DNA from: Aquificales bacterium
GTDB taxonomy: Bacteria > Aquificota > Aquificia > Aquificales > Aquificaceae
DNA length: 26,724 nucleotides
Assembly (NCBI GenBank): GCA_015491275.1
Contig: WFWF01000012.1
Span: forward strand, 1 to 26,724
Reading direction: 5' to 3'
Of this stretch, positions 1-5,706 are shown piece after piece; position 1 is the stretch's first letter; every line of letters starts with the position of its first letter. The notes beneath the pieces were generated by a model. It was given only the letters and a program-made list of their open reading frames with translations, was not told where the DNA came from and ran no database searches. The translations under genes were made by a program, and so were the position numbers.

Positions 1-491
1 GCTTTTATACCCTTATTAAAGGGGTGTTTTATTTCAACAAAATCCGTTACATAGTCAGCCACCTTTATTATTTCCTGGGGTGCATTCCTACCAGTCAAGC
101 ATATATGTTTCTCTTCCCTTTTATTTTTTATGAAATCCACTACCTCATCCACTGGAAGCATATTAAGGGACATAGCTACATTTATTTCATCACATATAAT
201 GAAATCCGCATCAGAGTTCATTAAATCTTTACTTTTTTTCCAAGCTTCTTCCACCGCCCTTTTATGAGAAGGGAAGCCCTTGGGAGCTTCCCACGAAAAG
301 CCTGCACCCATTACATATATTTCTATGGGGATGTTAAATTTCTTTATTGCTTCCCTTTCCCCTGAAAACCAATCCTCATTCTTTATAAATTGAACAATAG
401 CAACCTTCAATCCTGCACCTACTGCCCTTAGGGCGAGTCCGAAGGCTGCCTCTGTCTTGCCCTTTCCGTTTCCCGTATAAACGAGGATCAT
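1..491 (-). CDS. btuR: Cob(I)alamin/corrinoid adenosyltransferase (CobA/BtuR/CobO family), 3' end runs off the window
   Basis: Absent from the ORF track; translated by hand from ATG 491: MILVYTGNGKGKTEAAFGLALRAVGAGLKVAIVQFIK...CDEINVA...LTGRNAP...ADYVTDFVEIKHPFNKGIKA. It has the family P-loop YTGNGKGKT and the QFIK, DE(I)N and LTGR motifs. The start overlaps the sat stop (ATGA). Confidence 0.93.
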   Translation of the reverse strand, partial: MILVYTGNGKGKTEAAFGLALRAVGAGLKVAIVQFIKNEDWFSGEREAIKKFNIPIEIYVMGAGFSWEAPKGFPSHKRAVEEAWKKSKDLMNSDADFIICDEINVAMSLNMLPVDEVVDFIKNKREEKHICLTGRNAPQEIIKVADYVTDFVEIKHPFNKGIK

Positions 492-1648
492 TCAACTATC
501 CTTTTTATCTTACTATGTGTATATTCTACAAGAAGTTTTGCTATTTCAAGTCTTACCATCTCTAAGGGTGGCATCGTACCTTCCATAAGCATTTTTCTTA
601 CCTTTGTCATACTGACATAGGTTCTGTATTTATCTCCGTGTCCGCAAGTTTTATCAGATGCCATTCCTCCACAAACAGAGCAGTAAAAGACATTACCTAC
701 CCTTATTATCTCTATGCCTATATCCTTAGGAAGCTTATCGAAAATTCTGTGGGCTTCAAAGGGATCATAAAAATTGCCGACACCTGCGTGATCCCTGCCT
801 ACTATAAAGTGGGTACACCCGAAATTCTTTCTTATTATGGCATGGAATACCGCTTCCCTCGGTCCCGCGTATCTCATTGATGTAGCGAGTCCGCCCATGA
901 TGACCCTTTCTTTCGGGAAAAATTTATCTATCAATAATTCATAGGCTCTTATTATCAAACCTGAATCAAAATCATCCTTTTTCTTTCTGCCTATTATCGG
1001 GTTTATGAACAGACCATCTCCTATTTCAAGGGCAAGTCTCTGTAGGTACTCGTGTGCCCTATGAGGAGCATTCCTTGTTTGAAAACCTACTATCTTCTTC
1101 CAACCTCTGTATGAAAAGATTTTCCTTGTTTCCGAAGGTTCAAGTTCCCAGTCTCTTAAAGGAAAGTCAGCCTCTTCTACAAGCCATATTTTGCCTCCTA
1201 TTGCCCACTCTCCCTTTGAGTAAAATAGACTCACACCAGGATGTTCTTTACTGCCCGTACCCCATACCGCTTTGGCAATCCTTTCAAGATCTATCTTAAA
1301 GACATCTTCAACATCCATGACACCTATTATCTTCAGATTGGTGTCCCTTATTGCTATACGGTCTCCTTTTGAGAATACGGGTTTTTCTTTTAATTGAAGT
1401 AATATAGGTATGGTCCAGACTTCGCCGGATGGTAATATCATCTTATGGGCTACTTCCTCAAGTTCCTCCCCCGTCATAAAACCCTCAAGCGGCGAAAATA
1501 CGCCCTTGGCTATGTTTTCCATGTCAAGGATTGTGTCAACATCAACAGTTATTGAGGGAAGAGATGTTGCCTCTTCCATAAATGTTTCCTTAAAGCTGTC
1601 TGGTATTTTTCTGAGTACAAGTTTTCCTCCGTGAGGCTCCGTAATCAT
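488..1648 (-). CDS. sat: Sulfate adenylyltransferase (ATP sulfurylase, Sat type)
   Basis: 386 aa; FQTRNAPHRAHEY, MRYAGPREAVFHAIIRKNFGCTHFIVGRDHAGVG and C-terminal Zn-type CSVC...CGH motifs; SD GGAGGT; ATGA overlap with the upstream gene. Confidence 0.96.
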   Translation of the reverse strand: MITEPHGGKLVLRKIPDSFKETFMEEATSLPSITVDVDTILDMENIAKGVFSPLEGFMTGEELEEVAHKMILPSGEVWTIPILLQLKEKPVFSKGDRIAIRDTNLKIIGVMDVEDVFKIDLERIAKAVWGTGSKEHPGVSLFYSKGEWAIGGKIWLVEEADFPLRDWELEPSETRKIFSYRGWKKIVGFQTRNAPHRAHEYLQRLALEIGDGLFINPIIGRKKKDDFDSGLIIRAYELLIDKFFPKERVIMGGLATSMRYAGPREAVFHAIIRKNFGCTHFIVGRDHAGVGNFYDPFEAHRIFDKLPKDIGIEIIRVGNVFYCSVCGGMASDKTCGHGDKYRTYVSMTKVRKMLMEGTMPPLEMVRLEIAKLLVEYTHSKIKRIVE

Positions 1649-2409
1649 ATCATACCTCCTTCTAATGATTTATAGATTAGATTTGATGCAATAATGAGAA
1701 GCATAAAGGAAACTACAAGCTTGAGTTTTTTTTGAGGATACCTGTTTCCTATGAGGGATCCGATCAGTGCACCCACAACACCGCCGATCAGCATAAGCTT
1801 TAGTATGTTCCATTCTATATTTCCGTAACCGCTGTGCAACAGTGCTCCTACTAAAGAGATTATAAGTCCGAAAGAAAGATCTGTTCCTATTATCTTTGAA
1901 ATGTTCATCTTTGTAAATAAGAGTAAAAATGCTGTTCCTAAGGCACCAGCACCTGCGGATGTGAAGCCTACTTCTAATCCTATAAGTGTACTTAAAGGTA
2001 ACAGAAAGAAAGGTGATTTGTCTCCGAATTTACTTAAGTATTCTTTATAGGGGAATAAGCATGTGAATATGTTTATCAGTGATGAGATTAAGACTATAAG
2101 TCCCACAATCAATATTACCAATGATCTGAAATCCTTATCCATCACATTTATCAACCACGATCCTCCTATAACACCGGGTATCCCGCCCCCAGCCATTATT
2201 GTTATGTATCTTTTATCAATATTTCCCGCCTTAAAATAGGTTAGGGATGACACAGCTTTTACTATGGTGGAGAAGAAAAGTGCTGTTCCCACAGCGGTGG
2301 GAGGATCAATGTTCCATACCATTATAAGAAGAGGGGCTGTAATTGTCCCTGCACCTATACCTGTTAATCCTATAAGTAAGCCTATTATCAAGCCTGCGAT
2401 AATTTCCAT
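1645..2409 (-). CDS. TauE/SafE (TSUP) family sulfur-oxyanion permease
   Basis: 254 aa, highly hydrophobic; GLTGIGAGTITAP, AVGTAL, GFTSAGAGALG and IIGTDL repeats typical of TauE/SafE; lies within a sulfate-assimilation operon. Confidence 0.88.
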   Translation of the reverse strand: MEIIAGLIIGLLIGLTGIGAGTITAPLLIMVWNIDPPTAVGTALFFSTIVKAVSSLTYFKAGNIDKRYITIMAGGGIPGVIGGSWLINVMDKDFRSLVILIVGLIVLISSLINIFTCLFPYKEYLSKFGDKSPFFLLPLSTLIGLEVGFTSAGAGALGTAFLLLFTKMNISKIIGTDLSFGLIISLVGALLHSGYGNIEWNILKLMLIGGVVGALIGSLIGNRYPQKKLKLVVSFMLLIIASNLIYKSLEGGMI

Positions 2410-2413
2410 GGTT

Positions 2414-3073
2414 TCATTCCTTATAGAATGTATGTATTCCGCATTCCAACTTTTTACCTCCCCATCTGCCCGATCTCGGATCGTCCTTTTTCACAGGGAG
2501 TGCGGTACAGGGTTTACACCCTATACTTGTGTAACCTTCATCGTAAAGACTCAGATAAGGTAATCCCTTTCTAACAGTATAATTCCATACCTCCTTCCAT
2601 GTCCAATAAGCTAATGGGTTTAATTTTACAATTTCCTTGCCACCGGGCAATGTAACCCTTTCAACTATTTCAATATTTGCCCTTGTAGGCGATTGTTCCC
2701 TTCTTAAGCCCGTTATCCAGAGATCGTAGTTTTTTAATTCATTAAATAAGGGTTCTACCTTTCTTAATTTACAACACAGATCCGGGTTGCTTTTGTAAAG
2801 TTTTCCGTACCTTTTCTCAAACTCTTCTACTTCCAGATCAGGTTTTACTATTTTTAAGTTAAAGTTCCACTCATTTAAGAGCTTGTCAACGAACTCATAT
2901 ACTTCATCAAAGTGATAGCCTGTATCTATGAATAGCACGGGTATATCTCTTTTTATATCAATATCAAGTAACATGTGAAGTATTACAACATCTTCAACTT
3001 GAAAACTGCATGTGAAACATGCCTTTTCCCCGAACTTTTCAATGTGTTCCTTTAATATCTCTTTAACTTCCAT
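2414..3073 (-). CDS. cysH: Adenylyl-sulfate (APS)/PAPS reductase, Fe-S (APS reductase) type
   Basis: 219 aa; FIDTGYHF, CCKLRKVEPL, WITGLRREQSPTR, KLNPLAYW, GYTSIGCKPCT and ECGIH motifs. The CC...CxxC set marks the 4Fe-4S APS-reductase subtype, consistent with no cysC in the visible operon. Confidence 0.93.
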   Translation of the reverse strand: MEVKEILKEHIEKFGEKACFTCSFQVEDVVILHMLLDIDIKRDIPVLFIDTGYHFDEVYEFVDKLLNEWNFNLKIVKPDLEVEEFEKRYGKLYKSNPDLCCKLRKVEPLFNELKNYDLWITGLRREQSPTRANIEIVERVTLPGGKEIVKLNPLAYWTWKEVWNYTVRKGLPYLSLYDEGYTSIGCKPCTALPVKKDDPRSGRWGGKKLECGIHTFYKE

Positions 3074-5275
3074 TTACCTCCTCCTTACTGTAAGCACATA
3101 GTGGGAGTTTTCCTGATCAATATCTATAACCTCATGACCGTGATCCCTCATGCTTGCGGATACACTCCTTACGGACTCCTCATCTTTCAGCAAGACTACA
3201 AGGACGGAACCTATTTCCATTGATTCTATCTTTTGTTTTGCAAGTATGAAGTTATACGGGCATTCTTCATTTCTGAGATCCATTATCTCCTTCCTTGCTT
3301 TATCTTTTATACCCTTCTCCAGTTTTTCTTTTGTTTGCCTTTTAAGAAGCTCATAGGCTTTTCTGCAAGCACTTATAAACTCTTCAACCTCCCCTACGGA
3401 CGGATTTTCCTTTTTAAGTAAATTCAAGAATTTTTCATCCACATATCTTCTTCCTATGACATGTTCAGCGAATTTAAGTATCGCTTCTTCTCCTTCCGCC
3501 TTGATGCCGAAGGGTACGAGCATCCCTTTACACACCACTGTAAGGGCTTCTTTAAGATGGACTGATGCGTCTTCTTCAAAACCCTGTTGTATGTGTGCCT
3601 TTGCTTGAGAGACCATCCTTTCAGCTTCACTTATTGATGTTTCAACCATGTCAGCAACTATTCCCATACATTCTCCCACTCCTACTTCCTCAAGAGAGAA
3701 CTCTTTGTCGGAGCCGAAATCCTTAAAGTAGTCAATCTCCTCCTTCGTATGTAAATGCTTTTCAAGGATATCCTTGAAGCTTTCTTCCCCTACCCTCTCA
3801 AGAAATTCTGTAAATGTTTCATTTTCCTGCCTTGAAGTTTCGTAATATATGAGAATATCTTCTACCGCATTCGGTACATTCTTAGCGGGTATCTTAAGGG
3901 ATCTTTTTCCTATCTTTGTAGGTGTTCCCCCTAAGTGAAAGATATAGTGAGGTGCAAGTTTGCCGTTTATCTTTTTAGCAACTCCGTGAAGACCTATATC
4001 CGCTATATGGTGGTGGCCGCATGAGTTGGGACAGCCGCTTATCTTTATCCTTACGGGTAGATGGGAAAATTTATCTACAGTTTTTTCCAGGGCTTCCGCA
4101 ACTCCGCGTGAGGAAGTTATTCCGAGACTGCATGTCTCCGAACCGGGACAGCACACTATATCCTTTATACTTCCTGTCCATTTAATATCAAAACCATATC
4201 TTACAAGTGTATCTTTAATCTCATTAAAGTACTCTTCGGGTATGTTATAAAGGAGTATATTTTGATCTTGAGTTAATCTTATATTAAGTGAGTACCTTAT
4301 AGCTATATCCGTGAGGGTTCCAACCTCTGGTGAGGTTATATTACCTTTTCTTAAAAGTATATTCAAGGCGTACTTTCTGTCTTTCTGAACTATTGGGTTT
4401 ACTAAGTGGAAATTTCCTCTGGGTAGGTAAGTTTTAGGGTTGAAATCTTCATCTTCTTTTTTAAGGTGCTTGTACTCTTTCCAAAACAGGTCTTTGAATT
4501 TTTCAAATCCTACCCTTTCTATAAGAAACTTTAGTCTATTTCTCCTTTTGTTCCTCCTATCTCCGTATTTGTTAAAAACTTCAAGCACAGCTTTTATTAC
4601 GCTCGGGATGTATTCGGGCTTAACAAAATCTATTAGTAGCTTGCCTATATGTGGTGTATCCCCCTGACCTCCACCTACATACACTTTAAAGCCATGTTTA
4701 TTTTCCTTAGTTGTTGCAATTATGCCTACATCGTTGAACCTTGCGTAAGCGCAGTCTTTTTCACAACCTGAGAAAGTTATCTTGAATTTCCGCGGTAGGT
4801 TTCTGTATATACCGATGAATTTTTCTGTTGTTATCCTTGCACATTGGCCCGCATTTATTACTTCCAGGGGGCATATTCCGGAGAAACAGCATGATGTGAT
4901 ATTTCTTACCGTATCACCACACGCGTCCTTTGTTGTTAATCCGCATTCGTTGATAATTTCCACCGCTTGGGGTATATCCTCAAGCTTCACCCAGTGGTAT
5001 TGGATATCCTGCCTTGTTGTTATATGCAATATGCCGTTTGAATATCTGTCTCCTATCTCCGCGAGGGTCTTAAGCTGTTCTGGTGTTATTTCACCTCCGG
5101 GTACTTTCACCCTTATCATAAAAAAACCCTTTTGTCTCTGGCCGTATATGCCGTTTTTTAATCTCTCCTTCTTGAATTGATGTTCATCTATTTCACCCTT
5201 AATGTATCCATCTACAAGCTTTTTTATGTATTCAACATCTTCAATCCAATAAGCGTTCAATAATTTTCCTTTCAT
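3074..5275 (-). CDS. sir: Ferredoxin-dependent sulfite/nitrite reductase family protein with a C-terminal TusA/SirA-like domain
   Basis: 733 aa; two NIR_SIR repeats (MIRVKVPGG, HITTRQDIQYH, KISGCPNSCGHHHIADIG); C-terminal DLRNEECPYNFILAKQKIE...GHEV TusA-like domain; SD GGGAGGT; cysH/sat context favours sulfite as the substrate. Confidence 0.88.
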   Translation of the reverse strand: MKGKLLNAYWIEDVEYIKKLVDGYIKGEIDEHQFKKERLKNGIYGQRQKGFFMIRVKVPGGEITPEQLKTLAEIGDRYSNGILHITTRQDIQYHWVKLEDIPQAVEIINECGLTTKDACGDTVRNITSCCFSGICPLEVINAGQCARITTEKFIGIYRNLPRKFKITFSGCEKDCAYARFNDVGIIATTKENKHGFKVYVGGGQGDTPHIGKLLIDFVKPEYIPSVIKAVLEVFNKYGDRRNKRRNRLKFLIERVGFEKFKDLFWKEYKHLKKEDEDFNPKTYLPRGNFHLVNPIVQKDRKYALNILLRKGNITSPEVGTLTDIAIRYSLNIRLTQDQNILLYNIPEEYFNEIKDTLVRYGFDIKWTGSIKDIVCCPGSETCSLGITSSRGVAEALEKTVDKFSHLPVRIKISGCPNSCGHHHIADIGLHGVAKKINGKLAPHYIFHLGGTPTKIGKRSLKIPAKNVPNAVEDILIYYETSRQENETFTEFLERVGEESFKDILEKHLHTKEEIDYFKDFGSDKEFSLEEVGVGECMGIVADMVETSISEAERMVSQAKAHIQQGFEEDASVHLKEALTVVCKGMLVPFGIKAEGEEAILKFAEHVIGRRYVDEKFLNLLKKENPSVGEVEEFISACRKAYELLKRQTKEKLEKGIKDKARKEIMDLRNEECPYNFILAKQKIESMEIGSVLVVLLKDEESVRSVSASMRDHGHEVIDIDQENSHYVLTVRRR

Positions 5276-5287
5276 CTTTTACCTCCC

Positions 5288-5580
5288 TGCGGTCGGAGAC
5301 CCCTTCCGTAAGGGAGGGGAGGAGACCGCAAAATATGTTAGAATAGTAATAACCCCAAAGGCACTCTCCGCTTCCGCGGAGGGAAACGGTTTCGGGGTAT
5401 GTAAGATGAACACTATCTGGCTTCCCTTGGAGGGAAGTCGGGACACGGAGAGGCAAGACCCTCCGTGTGGGGCGCTGTCAACCGTCCCTATGTGGGGAGT
5501 GTTGGCTGTGCTATGCATGGCTAACCTCACCTACAAGCTCCTCCCGTTAGGGAGGAGTAGTTAACGGAATCACCTCCGTA
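5288..5580 (+). ncRNA. Candidate structured non-coding RNA or structured leader of unknown family; wobble polarity favours the + strand
   Basis: Hand count gives 168/300 GC (56%) over 5281-5580, against 32-45% in two spot-counted 60-mers of neighbouring coding DNA. Eight hairpins: 5288-5330, 5352-5398, 5417-5441, 5443-5468, 5469-5488, 5491-5535, 5537-5558, 5564-5579. Ten G-U pairs form on +, one on -. Confidence 0.6.
5336..5344 (+). promoter_or_regulatory. Putative extended -10 sigma-70 promoter (TGnTAGAAT), antisense to the sir operon leader
   Basis: TG-T-TAGAAT in the AT-rich linker between hairpins; predicted +1 at about 5351, where the next helix starts. The same promoter style precedes hemE and carA. 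Confidence 0.45.
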
Positions 5581-5590
5581 TTTGAGATAC

Positions 5591-5606
5591 TGCATTTAAC
5601 ATGCCA
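5591..5606 (-). promoter_or_regulatory. Sigma-54 (-24/-12) promoter facing the sir-cysH-sat operon
   Basis: Minus strand TGGCATGTTAAATGCA matches TGGCACGNNNNTTGCW with correct GG/GC spacing; predicted +1 at about 5580; adjacent to a sigma-54 activator gene. Confidence 0.8.
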
Positions 5607-5624
5607 ATTATTCACTTGTCCCGT

Positions 5625-5637
5625 TATCAATAACTTA
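5625..5637 (+). promoter_or_regulatory. IHF-type binding site
   Basis: TATCAATAACTTA is an exact WATCAANNNNTTR match, located between the -24/-12 element and the putative enhancers, the canonical position. Confidence 0.6.
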
Positions 5638-5659
5638 CATAAGCGAGGGATTTTTATGA

Positions 5660-5697
5660 TGTATATCCTTTAAACATGTTTGTTTACAGCTTATACA
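5660..5697. promoter_or_regulatory. Tandem putative upstream activator sequences for the sigma-54 activator
   Basis: TGTATA-TCCTT-TAAACA (5660-5676) and TGTTTA-CAGCT-TATACA (5681-5697) share the dyad TGTWTA-N5-TAWACA, lie 21 bp apart and are centred at about -88 and -109 from the predicted sigma-54 start. Confidence 0.65.
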
Positions 5698-5706
5698 TAT
5701 TCGGAG

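Noticed and set aside
24-224. 66-aa + strand ORF, and the many other 60-145 aa ORFs antisense to or nested within large genes (e.g. 9860-10252, 11193-11627, 12537-12929, 24809-25195)
   Set aside because: They lie opposite well-supported genes (24-224 is antisense to btuR), lack SDs or motifs and show shadow-ORF composition.
5428-5450. RNase P RNA, SRP RNA, tmRNA or 6S RNA (GAGGGAAGTCGGGAC resembles the RNase P GAGGAAAGUCC motif; a GGAA tetraloop on - resembles SRP)
   Set aside because: There is no matching RNase P 3' P4 strand, no SRP CAGG/AGCA loop, no tRNA-like ends and no long 6S rod with a central bubble.
5241-5456. 71-aa minus-strand ORF from the track
   Set aside because: It overlaps the sir start out of frame, has no SD and no recognisable domain; likely a shadow of the GC-rich island.
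5288-5570. CsrB/RsmZ-like CsrA sponge (many GGA trinucleotides)
   Set aside because: Most GGA motifs are buried in stems rather than displayed in loops.
5288-5580. SAM-I, cobalamin, T-box or c-di-GMP-I riboswitch as the identity of the structured island
   Set aside because: Only fragments match (CTATC/GAGGGA/GGCAA on the wrong strand for cis control; AAGCCAGA without the rest of the B12 box; CGTCCC without the T-box UGGnACC bulge; GGCAAGACC without GACGCAAAG). The conserved cores and their order are absent.
5656-5673. Mini-ORF MMYIL with a GAGGGA SD, in frame with the activator across a TAA
   Set aside because: It overlaps the putative enhancer dyads, which explain the sequence; there is no evidence for readthrough.
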